DNA of 64,000 nt, taken from the NCBI GenBank assembly GCA_944326605.1, contig CALVEM010000005.1, forward strand, positions 20,447 through 84,446, given 5' to 3'. The stretch comes from Candidatus Gastranaerophilales bacterium. Lineage in GTDB: Bacteria > Cyanobacteriota > Vampirovibrionia > Gastranaerophilales > Gastranaerophilaceae. The notes below the pieces were generated by a model. The model did not search any database. It was not told where the DNA came from and saw only the letters and a list, made by a program, of their open reading frames with translations. The position numbers and the translations under genes were made by a program. Below, in pieces: positions 29,506 through 39,785 of the stretch; positions within the stretch are counted from its first letter, which is position 1, and each line of letters begins with the position of its first letter.

Positions 29506-29621
29506 GCAGTATTTTGGATTTAGCAAGAAGTAATCTTTTCCCTCTCTCCTACAGGAGAGAAGATAGTGTTACGAAATGTAAATATAATGTTAAAATATCC
29601 GAAACCCTTGCTATACTCCTT

Positions 29622-29643
29622 ATAGGATAGGATAGGATAGGAT
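29622..29643 (+). repeat. Pentanucleotide SSR (ATAGG)x4
   Basis: ATAGG ATAGG ATAGG ATAGG AT, about 205 nt upstream of ATG 29850. Confidence 0.85.
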
Positions 29644-29849
29644 GTGGATGGGAGCCTTCTAGCAATTATTTAAGACGGAAATTTTTATTAAAAATATAGG
29701 GGATATTACCAATTAAGAAAAAGAAAATTCTTAAACAAATGGCAAAAATGAATACTTTTGCCATGCGGATAAGTATGACAAAAATATAATAGTTCAGGCT
29801 GTTTAACAATATTACATAACGGGGCAAACACGAAAGGGGAAATTAAGAT

Positions 29850-31394
29850 ATGTCTAGATGGCAAATTGACACAAACGGGGATTATTACACAAGGTACAGA
29901 AATTATGAAAATTATTTAAGGGCAAATGCAGGCAAATTAAATTTGACACCTGAACAGGTACAAGAACAGTTAGGGCGCTATGCTGAAGGTTTACAGCATA
30001 AATTGCAGTACGAACCTCAGAATAAAACTTTTGGAAAAGAAGTTGCCAAAAATCCTACAGCCTGGGGAATTACTAATCCTAATCAGGTAAGTGAGCAACT
30101 TGCTTATGCGGAAAGTCAATTGAGCCAGCTCCAAGCTGATTTGGGTAATACCACCGGGCAAGTTAGTTTTGAAGATGAGTTAAAAAAATCACAGTTATAT
30201 AAGTCAACAAACGGCAATTCTGTTGATAAATTAGGCAAAAGAAAGCAAAATCAAATCGCTGATGAAATTAAAAAGTTAGCAAAGTTGGCTAAAACTCCGG
30301 AAGAAAAAAGGATGTTGGAAGAAAGAATAGCAAAATTCAGGGGCGGTAACGATAAGGCTTTATTCAATAATGTTTTAAACGAAAATATCAAAGTTACGTC
30401 CGCGGAACCGCAGTCAGCCGGGCAGACACCAAAAAACTGGAAACAATATTATGAAGCACGCGGTTTGGAATACAAAGCTCCAGAAAAATTTGGCGGTATT
30501 GAAGCAGACAGGAAAGCGCAGGAAATTATTGCAAGGAATGAGCAGAGAAAATTTTCAATACCTGAGACAGAGACAAGAAGACCTGTAAGCATTGGATCTT
30601 ATGCAGACGATGCTCCAAGAACCGTAAGTAATTTCGCTGATGATGCGGATGACTTTACAAGGTATACAACTAATTTTTCTGATGAAGCTGTTAATGCTGC
30701 AGAAAATTCTAATCCTGTAAAAAAAGGAAAAGGTCTAAGATTAAAAGCAAGAACACGTTTATTGGGCTCAAAGTGGAATAAATTACCAAAAGGTAAAGCC
30801 GGCTTAATTGCTGCAGGTGCTGCTCTGGTAGTTGGGGCAGGTGTTGCGCTCTTTGGCGGCGGAAAAGATGAGGAAAAAGTAAATGAAAAAGTTACAGCTA
30901 ACAATCTCCCGCAGAACAAAACAAATATAACTCCTGCAGAACCGGAAAAAGAAGCTGCAGACACAATTTCCGCAGACACAATTGCAACAGATGAACCGGT
31001 AAAAGATGATACTATTGAAAATCATCAACCTGTTGTAAACCCGCAGCCTGTTGAAAATTCAGATTTCGCGGCTACACAGCCCACTGAACAACAGCCGGTC
31101 GTAACTGCACCTGCCGCAGTAGTTGATGAAACTGAAGAGGAACCTGCATCAGAAGATCAACAGGAAGCTGAAACTCATCAATATATAGTTCAGAAAGGCG
31201 ATCATTTCTGGGGATTAGCAAAAAAAGAATTGATTAAAGCACATAAAGATGACCCGGATTACAAGCCGACAAACAAAGAAATACTGGAATTAGCAAAAAA
31301 AATAATGAAAGAAAACGGATATGAGCTAGATGAAAATAATTACTATCCTACTCCTATGCTTTATCCGGGAGACAAGTTAAATCTTGCAGCATAA
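29850..31394 (+). CDS. Single-TM protein with C-terminal LysM-like domain
   Basis: Central TM GLIAAGAALVVGAGVALFGG, acidic linker, YIVQKGDHFWGLAK...LYPGDKL. Confidence 0.75.
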   Translation: MSRWQIDTNGDYYTRYRNYENYLRANAGKLNLTPEQVQEQLGRYAEGLQHKLQYEPQNKTFGKEVAKNPTAWGITNPNQVSEQLAYAESQLSQLQADLGNTTGQVSFEDELKKSQLYKSTNGNSVDKLGKRKQNQIADEIKKLAKLAKTPEEKRMLEERIAKFRGGNDKALFNNVLNENIKVTSAEPQSAGQTPKNWKQYYEARGLEYKAPEKFGGIEADRKAQEIIARNEQRKFSIPETETRRPVSIGSYADDAPRTVSNFADDADDFTRYTTNFSDEAVNAAENSNPVKKGKGLRLKARTRLLGSKWNKLPKGKAGLIAAGAALVVGAGVALFGGGKDEEKVNEKVTANNLPQNKTNITPAEPEKEAADTISADTIATDEPVKDDTIENHQPVVNPQPVENSDFAATQPTEQQPVVTAPAAVVDETEEEPASEDQQEAETHQYIVQKGDHFWGLAKKELIKAHKDDPDYKPTNKEILELAKKIMKENGYELDENNYYPTPMLYPGDKLNLAA

Positions 31395-31411
31395 TAATAA
31401 TATAAAACAAT

Positions 31412-31442
31412 AAAAGACCGCTTTATCAAAAGCGGTCTTTTT
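31412..31442. terminator. Bidirectional intrinsic terminator
   Basis: AAAAGACCGCTTT-ATC-AAAAGCGGTCTTTTT between convergent genes. Confidence 0.85.
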
Positions 31443-31551
31443 GTTCTTTACCTGCCACATTCTCAAGTGTCTGAGGAGCGGATGCTACTTCTTTAGTGTT
31501 GCCATCTCAAGTTCATACAACACTCAGGTGGCGGGTGGAACGGCTACGCTC

Positions 31552-32511
31552 CTAGTCTTTTGCGTGACCTGCTGTACCTAAAACGTCGCGCATTTTGTGC
31601 ATAACCATTTCTTTAACAGCAGTTCTGCCCGGTCCCATATATTCTCTCGGGTCGAATTTTTCTGGATGTTCAACAAAGAATTCTCTGATTGTTGAAGTCA
31701 TAGCTAATCTCAAGTCTGTGTCGATATTGATTTTAGCAACACCGTGTTTAGAAGCATAGTTAAGCATATCTTCAGGAACACCCTGAGCATCAGGCAGCTG
31801 ACCGCCGAATTTATTACATTTTGCAACGAATTCTGCCGGAACTGATGAAGATCCGTGCAATACTAACGGATAATCATAGCCAACTACTGCATTAACTGCT
31901 TTTTTAATTTCAGCAAGTCTTTCAAAGTCTAATTTAGCTTCGCCTTTGAATTTGTAAGCGCCGTGAGAAGTCCCGATAGCAACAGCTAAAGAATCGCAGC
32001 CTGTTTCTTTAACGAATCTTGCAGCTTCTTCAGGGTCGGTGTATGTTGAATCTTTTGCATGAACTTTAACATCATCTTCAACACCTGCTAATTTGCCGAG
32101 TTCAGCTTCAACTGAAACGCCTCTGGCATGAGCGTAATCAACAACCTGTTTAGTTAATTTGATGTTTTCTTCTAGCGGGAATCTGGAACCGTCAATCATA
32201 ACAGATGAGAAACCGCCGTCAATACAAGCTTTACAAATATCGAAATCAGCACCGTGGTCTAAGTGCAAAGCAATAGGTACTGTAGTAGTTGCAAGAGCCG
32301 CTTCAACCAACTTGATTAAATAAGTTTGGTTAGCATATTTTCTTGCACCTGCAGAAACCTGTAAGATAATAGGTGATTGAGTTTCTTCTGCAGCTTCTGC
32401 AATACCCTGTAAAATTTCCATGTTGTTAACATTGTAAGCACCGATAGCATAACCGCCTGCGAGTGCTTTTTTGAACATTTCTCCTGTTCCAACTAATTTT
32501 CTTTCACTCAT
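31552..32511 (-). CDS. fba: Class II fructose-1,6-bisphosphate aldolase
   Basis: ALHLDHG, VMIDGS, LAVAIGTSHGAYK, LVLHGSS, KINIDTD. Confidence 0.96.
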   Translation of the reverse strand: MSERKLVGTGEMFKKALAGGYAIGAYNVNNMEILQGIAEAAEETQSPIILQVSAGARKYANQTYLIKLVEAALATTTVPIALHLDHGADFDICKACIDGGFSSVMIDGSRFPLEENIKLTKQVVDYAHARGVSVEAELGKLAGVEDDVKVHAKDSTYTDPEEAARFVKETGCDSLAVAIGTSHGAYKFKGEAKLDFERLAEIKKAVNAVVGYDYPLVLHGSSSVPAEFVAKCNKFGGQLPDAQGVPEDMLNYASKHGVAKINIDTDLRLAMTSTIREFFVEHPEKFDPREYMGPGRTAVKEMVMHKMRDVLGTAGHAKD

Positions 32512-32782
32512 TTGAGTTCTCCTTCTTTTATACTCTATCCTGACGACTGTCAGATTTTAAAACAGAAATATTACAATAGCAGGTTACAACAAACAAAAAA
32601 TCGGTGCAAGTGTAAAGAAATATTAATATCGTATATACTATTTTACAAATCCTTAAATGACTTGCTATAATACGATTATAGGGGAATTAATGAAAATCAG
32701 GCTGTCAAAAAATATTTTGACAGGTCTTAAATTAACATACAAAAAATAAGTAAGAAAATTAAATAAAGTGGGGTAAAAGACT

Positions 32783-33520
32783 ATGACAATCAGACCGGTT
32801 ACATCTGTATCATTTAACAGAAATTACAACAAATTGAATTTTGAAGGGCGAAAAGACAGGGAAACTCAATATCATAGACCGTCTTATGTCGTAAATACTT
32901 TAAGGTCCATACCGCTTGCAGCGGTGTTAGCAATGAGCCCGCTGAATAGCAGTATGAATGTATATGCTCAGCAGCCGCAAGAAAAGAAGATCGTTATGTC
33001 GCTAAAAGCTAACAATATCACTCCTCCTGATATTTTTGGGAAGCAGATGGGCTGTGAAATTGATTTTATAAGTACTGACGGAAATGATGATACTGCAGAA
33101 AAATTAGAGCTTACATTTGTTAATTGGCGTCGCGGAGAACAACTTATTAACGGTAAAAAAACAAAATGTAAATATGCTTATACAACAGTAATAGATCTTA
33201 AAAATGTTGAATTGCTTAAGGAGGTAAGAAAATATTCAAACTCTGATGATAAGGTGACTGAACGTTACTTTGTATCAGGACCGGGTTCTTATGCAAGATC
33301 ATTTTTCTTTGATTTAAACGGTAACTCTTTGAATACCGGCAATTTTAACAGAAAATCTGACAATATGGAACAGGAAATTTCAAAAGATTTTTATAATTAT
33401 CTGGCAGATTTATTAAAAAATTCCGGCGATATGGTTAAATTTAAAACAACAACCACAAATATCGACGGAGATAAAGAATCTGATGAATTGATTGATCTTC
33501 TGATGGGTGGCAGTTATTAA
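32783..33520 (+). CDS. Hypothetical protein
   Basis: 245 aa ORF, GGGG RBS-like sequence, N-terminal SVSF..LNFEG motif. Confidence 0.7.
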   Translation: MTIRPVTSVSFNRNYNKLNFEGRKDRETQYHRPSYVVNTLRSIPLAAVLAMSPLNSSMNVYAQQPQEKKIVMSLKANNITPPDIFGKQMGCEIDFISTDGNDDTAEKLELTFVNWRRGEQLINGKKTKCKYAYTTVIDLKNVELLKEVRKYSNSDDKVTERYFVSGPGSYARSFFFDLNGNSLNTGNFNRKSDNMEQEISKDFYNYLADLLKNSGDMVKFKTTTTNIDGDKESDELIDLLMGGSY

Positions 33521-33616
33521 TATGTAAATTTTTGTAAACATGTGAAAACATGCTGAAATCCATGGTTTTGGCATGTTTTTATATTGGTAAGAGAGAAAAG
33601 TAAGAGAAGTACTATC

Positions 33617-36406
33617 ATGGCAATAGAAAATAATATAAATATTAAGTCTATAAATTCCACTGCACAACCGCTTAGTTCAAGCTCTATATCAGGCAGCGGT
33701 TCTAATGTGCAAATTGACATGGTAGATGTAAAAAAACAAGAATTATTAAAACGTTTAAATATAACTGCAGATGAATATCAGTTAATTTTAAAAGACAATC
33801 CTTCATTTTCTGCTTTAGATGAAGTAAAACAGTTAGAAATTGTACAGCAGTTTAAAGCTAGCCAAATATCCGCTCCGGTTGAAGAAAAAACTGTTGAAGC
33901 AGAAAGTAAGCCTGCTTCAACTGAATTTGACAGAGCTGCATACAATTCTATGGATAACAAAGAAAAGCTTGAGCAGGTAAAATACGAATTTGCAAAGAAC
34001 GTATTTATTTACGGTATAAAAGACAGAGACGGAAATACCGTTGCAGGCTTGACAGCTCATTCTCCCGAGGAATGGGCAAATATGTCAGAAGAACAGAAGC
34101 AGCAGTTTATCAATAATTTGATGAACGGTATGGCTAATGATAAAAAGCTTGCAGGTGCTGTAAATTCTATTAAAGGTATTTTATCCGGTAATAAAGAAGA
34201 TGTACAGACAGCATTGCTTGATTCTATAATGCGTGCTACACAGGTTGCTAATTCTAAAAATATGTCATTTTTGGAATTTTTCAGCTTGGATGAATATGAA
34301 AAATTTGATGCAACAGAAGAATATCTTGAAAATCATAAAGATACATTGACTAAAGCAGATAAGGAGTATTTAGATAACAATAGTTTTCTTAAAGATGTGA
34401 TGTTAAAATCCTTAAGCGAGCATGGGGTTGGTTTGGATGATGACGCCTCTATGGCTAAGATTGCTATGCATGCTAAATATTGTAATTTGGATTTAAATGA
34501 AGAAATTTTGCACGAACTTACTGCCAAAAAAGAAACAGGAAATCTATCTCCTCGAGAAGAACATTGGTTCAATGAGCTAAGTAAATTTAATGATGATAAT
34601 GGTAAAAATAGTTTTGATAAATCAAAAGCTTTTAAATTAGTAACTTTGAAAAAAGAGTTTGAACAACTGAATGGTAAACTTGATTCAGGAGAACTTTTAT
34701 CTGATGAAGAGCAAGCAAAATACAATATGCTTTTGAGCTATTTCAATTCGGATGAAGCAAGCCGATTGGAAAAGGATGTTGTTCCGAATTTAAAAAAAGC
34801 AGAAACTGATTATGAAAAAAGTGTACAGGCAGATATAAATGAAGTAAATAATGCTCTGGCAGGTTATGTTAATGATAATAGAATTCGAACTGGAATTACT
34901 ATAAAATATTTAGACAACAAGCGTAGAAATATGTCACCTGAGGAATGGGAAAAGTTTCTTAATACTTATTGTGAATTAAACCCGGATTCTTCCATTAATG
35001 TTGGAATTATAGAAGCTTTTGGAAATGATAATATCAGTGTATATAAAAATGCACATTTAATCACAGAATCAGTGATTGCAAGTAAGCAAAATCCATCTGA
35101 GGCTATAGCTAAGGCGCAGAATGAAGCCATATCTGAAGCATCCAAATCAGATAACTCGTTCTTGCAACAAGTAGCTTATGATGCTAACATGGCGAGGTCC
35201 TCTATAGCTCAAAAAGCAGGAAATGATTATTACAGTGATGCTGTGTCAACAAGTTTGGTGGAAATGTCTTCATCCGGAGTTTATGATCAGACCAAAAGTG
35301 AAAGAATGGCAAAAGACGCTGTTAATGTTCACGCATCTATGAAAAGTCCGGAAATGCAGCGTAACGCTCAGAAGCGTCTTGAAAAAAGTCGTATTTACAC
35401 TACAAATGTTAGAAACTATACAACAGACAATATCGGCAAGTTTCATGCTGAAAACCAGATATCTATCTATAACGCAGCAATTACAGGCGATAAAGAAGCT
35501 GCCGCTCACGCTTCCGAAAACGGTTCTGTTGCTTCAATGGCAGCTGAAAACCAGAATGAGGCTTTCGATTTATTATATGACAGATTAAATGAATATTTTG
35601 AAGGCGATGACGCGGTAAAATATTTAAATAATCTGGCAGACCAAATCCCTGACTGCGACAAAGACAATCAGCTTAATATGCATAATCGGATGATGGGGTC
35701 TCAGTATCAGGAAGTTCAAGAGCATGCTGCGGGAAATATCGGGAATTATGATCCTGCTGTTCAATCCGATGCAATGGATACTGTCTATGCTACAGGTAAT
35801 TCCGCTGCTGTTGAAGCTGCAATAAACAGCCTCGGCGCTAATACAGCTCCGGTTACAAAAGGTTATATTCAGGATGAAGCCGGTGTACCTGACATGATTA
35901 AAAGTGCAATTCAGGATAAAATCAGCTCAGGTGCACAATTAACTCCTCAAGAATATGCTTCTTTATCATATAGAGAAAAAGTTGAATATCAGGCTAACTA
36001 TTTTAAAAATCTTCCGCCTGCAAAACAAATTAAATTACTGGCTTCTATTTCTGACAACAACCAGAAAAAAACTATTTATCAACTGATTATGAATAATAAC
36101 AGCGGTTTATTCCAGAGCATTATTGAAAGTAGTGCTGATACTGCAAGATTTATTTATAATAATATAGATGCTGCACGCGGGCTTGTAAAACAAACTGCGG
36201 AAAGAAAAGCTGCCGCTGATATTTCCTATAATGAACTATTAAAAGATATAAATTCTGATGAGGAAATAAAAGATACGGCAACAGAAAATAATTTGTCAAA
36301 GGATAAAAATTATATATCTTCTCCGGACTATTTATCAGGTATAAATTCTAAAAATCCTAAATATGAATTATATCCTAAAGATCGCTATGGAAACTTGATT
36401 TCTTAA
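33617..36406 (+). CDS. Large hypothetical alpha-helical protein (about 930 aa)
   Basis: Long ORF, start taken at ATG 33617; repeats such as YDPAVQSDAMD / CDKDNQLNMH. Confidence 0.75.
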   Translation: MAIENNINIKSINSTAQPLSSSSISGSGSNVQIDMVDVKKQELLKRLNITADEYQLILKDNPSFSALDEVKQLEIVQQFKASQISAPVEEKTVEAESKPASTEFDRAAYNSMDNKEKLEQVKYEFAKNVFIYGIKDRDGNTVAGLTAHSPEEWANMSEEQKQQFINNLMNGMANDKKLAGAVNSIKGILSGNKEDVQTALLDSIMRATQVANSKNMSFLEFFSLDEYEKFDATEEYLENHKDTLTKADKEYLDNNSFLKDVMLKSLSEHGVGLDDDASMAKIAMHAKYCNLDLNEEILHELTAKKETGNLSPREEHWFNELSKFNDDNGKNSFDKSKAFKLVTLKKEFEQLNGKLDSGELLSDEEQAKYNMLLSYFNSDEASRLEKDVVPNLKKAETDYEKSVQADINEVNNALAGYVNDNRIRTGITIKYLDNKRRNMSPEEWEKFLNTYCELNPDSSINVGIIEAFGNDNISVYKNAHLITESVIASKQNPSEAIAKAQNEAISEASKSDNSFLQQVAYDANMARSSIAQKAGNDYYSDAVSTSLVEMSSSGVYDQTKSERMAKDAVNVHASMKSPEMQRNAQKRLEKSRIYTTNVRNYTTDNIGKFHAENQISIYNAAITGDKEAAAHASENGSVASMAAENQNEAFDLLYDRLNEYFEGDDAVKYLNNLADQIPDCDKDNQLNMHNRMMGSQYQEVQEHAAGNIGNYDPAVQSDAMDTVYATGNSAAVEAAINSLGANTAPVTKGYIQDEAGVPDMIKSAIQDKISSGAQLTPQEYASLSYREKVEYQANYFKNLPPAKQIKLLASISDNNQKKTIYQLIMNNNSGLFQSIIESSADTARFIYNNIDAARGLVKQTAERKAAADISYNELLKDINSDEEIKDTATENNLSKDKNYISSPDYLSGINSKNPKYELYPKDRYGNLIS

Positions 36407-36512
36407 ACTTGATTTTTTTGTCTCTTTATATTTTAATGGTCTTACAGCGGTATTTGACTTATGAGATCCTGAAACAAATTCATAATGACCGGTTAATATA
36501 TCGCGAGTTCAT

Positions 36513-37418
36513 TTGAAAGAAGACAATTATAAATTGCCCGAAAAAATAGCAAAAAATATTAAACTAGCAAAATATGCAGGCTTCTGTTACGGCGTAAAAA
36601 GAGCCGTTGAAACAGTTAAAAAATTAAGGTGTGAAAATCCTGACAAAAATGTTTTTGTGCTGGGAGAATTAATTCATAATACCCATGTTATCCATGAACT
36701 TGAAAAACTCGGTATTAAAACATTAACCGAAATCCCGGAAAAAGGAGAAGGTATTTGTGTTATAAGAAGCCACGGAGAAAGCCCTGAAATTATTGAAAAA
36801 ATCAAACAGGCAGGGTTTGAACCTGTTGACCTGACCTGCCCTGACGTTAAAAAAGTTCAGCAAAAAGCTATTGAACTTGCAAAAGACGGCTATTTCGTTG
36901 TTATTGTCGGAAAAGAAGAGCATCCTGAGGTTATTGCGATTAAAGCAAATGCAAAATTGTGGTCTGATAAAGTTATTGTTGCGGCTGCCCCTCAACAACT
37001 TGAACCTTATAAAGATCAGATCAAATCACATAAACGTGTCGGGGTTGTTGTTCAGACGACACAGAGAATTACTGCTTTGAATGCGGTTGTAGAATATCTT
37101 ACCGCTATAGCAAAAGAAATTCATATCGCAAATACAATCTGTCAGAGTACTGCAATGCGTCAGACCGAAGCCGGAGAACTTGCCAAAGAAAGTGACCTTG
37201 TGATAGTTGTAGGTTCTAGAAAGAGTGCTAATACAACGCATTTAGCAGAGATTTTAAAAGATATTACAAATACAATTCACATTGAAAACGCTGAAGAACT
37301 TGAAAATTACAAAGATTTAATTACCAATTCTCAAGAAATTGCAATTACTGCCGGTGCTTCTACCCCGCAGGATATTATTGAAGAAGTTATAAATACTTTA
37401 ACGTTATTCCCGAAATGA
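36513..37418 (+). CDS. ispH: 4-hydroxy-3-methylbut-2-enyl diphosphate reductase
   Basis: GFCYGVKRAV, LIHN, RSHG, DLTCPDV, TICQST, VGSRKSANT, TAGASTP. Confidence 0.97.
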   Translation: MKEDNYKLPEKIAKNIKLAKYAGFCYGVKRAVETVKKLRCENPDKNVFVLGELIHNTHVIHELEKLGIKTLTEIPEKGEGICVIRSHGESPEIIEKIKQAGFEPVDLTCPDVKKVQQKAIELAKDGYFVVIVGKEEHPEVIAIKANAKLWSDKVIVAAAPQQLEPYKDQIKSHKRVGVVVQTTQRITALNAVVEYLTAIAKEIHIANTICQSTAMRQTEAGELAKESDLVIVVGSRKSANTTHLAEILKDITNTIHIENAEELENYKDLITNSQEIAITAGASTPQDIIEEVINTLTLFPK

Positions 37419-37486
37419 ATTCGGAACAGGCTCTGAGTTTATTTCAGGAGCCATAAAAGATATTATTAAGAAAGGAAAATAAAATA

Positions 37487-38563
37487 ATGACAACAACATT
37501 AGAAAAAACAAATTTAGATGAATTTGAAAGATTACTTGAGGAATCTTTTTCAAAATCTTTTTCAGTAGCTGATATCGTTGAAGGTACAGTAATGAAAAAA
37601 GAAAACGACGGTTATTTAATCAGTGTTAAAGGTGCTAAAACAGAAGCATTTTTACCTTTGAAGGAAATATCTTCATCAGAAGGCGCTGAAACTTTAGAAA
37701 TCGGTGATGAAAAAGAATTTTATGTATTGAAAGAAGAAAATGATGAAGAAGGTATGGTTCTTTCTTTGAAAAGACTTGCTAATGCTCAAGCATGGGCTCA
37801 GCTTAATGATGCAAAAATCCAGGGTGATACAATCTTGGCAAAAGTTGTTTCAATCGTTAAAGGCGGAGTTCTTGTTGACGTTGCTGATTTAAAAGGCTTT
37901 ATTCCTTCTTCTCAATTGAGAACAGGAACACCTTTTGACGGTTTGATTGATACAAAAATAGAAGTTAAAGTATTGGAAGCTGATCCTAAGAAAAATAAAC
38001 TTATACTTTCTCAAAGACAGGCTGTCGCTGAACAGCGTGATCAGGTTGTAGACAATATCCTGGCTGAACTTGAAGAAGGACAGGTTGTAAAAGGAGAAGT
38101 TGTAAGAATTGCTGATTTCGGTGCATTTGTTGATATTAACGGAATAGATGGACTTCTTCCGATATCTGAAATTTCATGGTCAAGAATTAAACATCCGTCA
38201 GATGTTATTTCTCTTGGTGAAACTATTGAAGTTAAGATTATTAAAATTGATAATGAATTAAAGAGAATTTCCCTTTCATTAAAGAGAATGGGCGAAGACC
38301 CATGGCATCAGATTGAAGGTCAGTTTGAAGAAGGTCAAATTATTAAAGGAACTGTTAATAAAGTAACCGGTTTTGGTGCATTTATTAATATTTTCCCGGG
38401 TGTAGAAGCCTTGTTGCCTGTTTCTGAAATGGCTGAGGAAAACGTAAATCCGTTTAATACTTTCAAAGTTGGTGACAGTGTAGAAGTTCTTATTAAGAAA
38501 TTTACACCTCAAGAACACAGAATTGCATTGAGCATTAAAGATATTAATAAAGATGCTGAATAG
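37487..38563 (+). CDS. rpsA: 30S ribosomal protein S1
   Basis: Four S1 domains (GFIPSSQL, DFGAFVDINGIDGLLPISEISW). Confidence 0.93.
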   Translation: MTTTLEKTNLDEFERLLEESFSKSFSVADIVEGTVMKKENDGYLISVKGAKTEAFLPLKEISSSEGAETLEIGDEKEFYVLKEENDEEGMVLSLKRLANAQAWAQLNDAKIQGDTILAKVVSIVKGGVLVDVADLKGFIPSSQLRTGTPFDGLIDTKIEVKVLEADPKKNKLILSQRQAVAEQRDQVVDNILAELEEGQVVKGEVVRIADFGAFVDINGIDGLLPISEISWSRIKHPSDVISLGETIEVKIIKIDNELKRISLSLKRMGEDPWHQIEGQFEEGQIIKGTVNKVTGFGAFINIFPGVEALLPVSEMAEENVNPFNTFKVGDSVEVLIKKFTPQEHRIALSIKDINKDAE

Positions 38564-38580
38564 TTAATTCATATTTATTG

Positions 38581-38615
38581 AAAACAGACCGGACTTGAAA
38601 AGTCCGGTCTGTTTT
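38581..38615 (+). terminator. rpsA terminator hairpin (its loop carries the -35 of the next promoter)
   Basis: AAAACAGACCGGACT-TGAAA-AGTCCGGTCTGTTTT. Confidence 0.85.
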
Positions 38616-38623
38616 GTTATAAT
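38595..38623 (+). promoter_or_regulatory. Sigma-70 promoter of pilin locus C
   Basis: TTGAAA (38595-600)-N17-TATAAT (38618-23) with TG extension; AGAGG RBS; ATG 38656. Confidence 0.75.
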
Positions 38624-38655
38624 AGATATGTTGCAGAAAGAGAGGAAGCGAAATT

Positions 38656-39758
38656 ATGGAAAAGTTTGTTAAGAGATGTGAATTCGGGGGGGGGGCGTTG
38701 TAGGCTCCGCCGGAGGCAAAGACGCAATTAGATGCGAAGAGGCTAAAAGGCGAAGATGCAAAGCTAATATCAATAATAACTTATGTTGCAATTTTACCAA
38801 AATAACTATCAATGAAAGCCCTCTGCAAAGCGAGCGCTCCCCATTCAGTGAGTGCGCAAATCAGCCCTCACCCCATCTCTCTCCCATAGGAGAGGGAGTA
38901 ATCTGTCATCCCGAACTTGTTTCGGGATCTCAAGAGATGCAGAGCCGCCGAGGTCAATCCGACGTTCAGCATGACATTAATATTTCCCTGAAACGTACTT
39001 ATTCACCTATTCACTTATTTTCTTATTCTCCTCGTAAACGCGCAGCGTTTACACTCGCTGAGGTTTTAATCACCCTCGGCATTATCGGTGTGGTTGCCGC
39101 GATGACTATGCCTGTACTTTTTGCGAAATATCAGCATAGGGTTTTAGAGACCGCTTTTAAAAAATCTTATGCAAATCTTTATAATGCCGTGAATTTGACA
39201 ATTTTTGAACTTGGTGCACCCAATATGGCTTCTAGTTTTATTGCTTATAATGATAATGAGTTTTATGTCAGTGTTTACAATAAATTAAATACTATTGAAA
39301 CAATATCGGAAAAATACTATTCGACAAAAATTGATCTTAAAGGTTATACTAAAAAATCTATAAAGGGTGCATCTCCAACACAATCGCAAACTCGAATTGG
39401 ACATATACTGGCAGATGGGAGTGCAATCGGCGGAATGAAAAATTCAGGCGGCTGGTATTTTACAATAGATACAAACGGACCCCAAAAAGGTCCGAATGCA
39501 TACGGACATGATATTTTTATATTTGTCATTAAATCTGCGAATTCACCGAGATTGGAGGCTGTTGACAGAGAGCTTGCCCACAAGACTGATGATGACGGAA
39601 ATTCCTTTACTCCCGATGATGGTGCATATTTTGAAACTTCTCGAGAATGCAGCAAAACCAGCACAAAATTATCTAACGGTTTTGGCTGTACTCCTTATGC
39701 CGTAAAAAATATTTGTCCTGATGACAGCTCAAAGACATACTGGGAGTGCCTGCCTTAA
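38656..39758 (+). CDS. Type IV pilin-like protein, locus C, frameshifted at G10 (putative phase OFF)
   Basis: ATG 38656 reads MEKFVKRCEFGGGAL*; the frame of ORF 38937..39758 is open back to the tract; G11 or G8 fuses them; AAFTLAEVLITLG; IDTNGPQKGPNAYGHDIF. Confidence 0.85.
38686..38695 (+). repeat. Homopolymer G10 at codons 11-14 of pilin locus C
   Basis: Directly counted. Confidence 0.95.
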
Positions 39759-39785
39759 CGCAAGAAAATTTTGTAGACTTACTTT

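Noticed and set aside
33545-33580. AAAACATGC...GCATGTTTT hairpin as a novel element
   Set aside because: Its position after the 32783..33520 stop and its T-rich tail fit an ordinary terminator.
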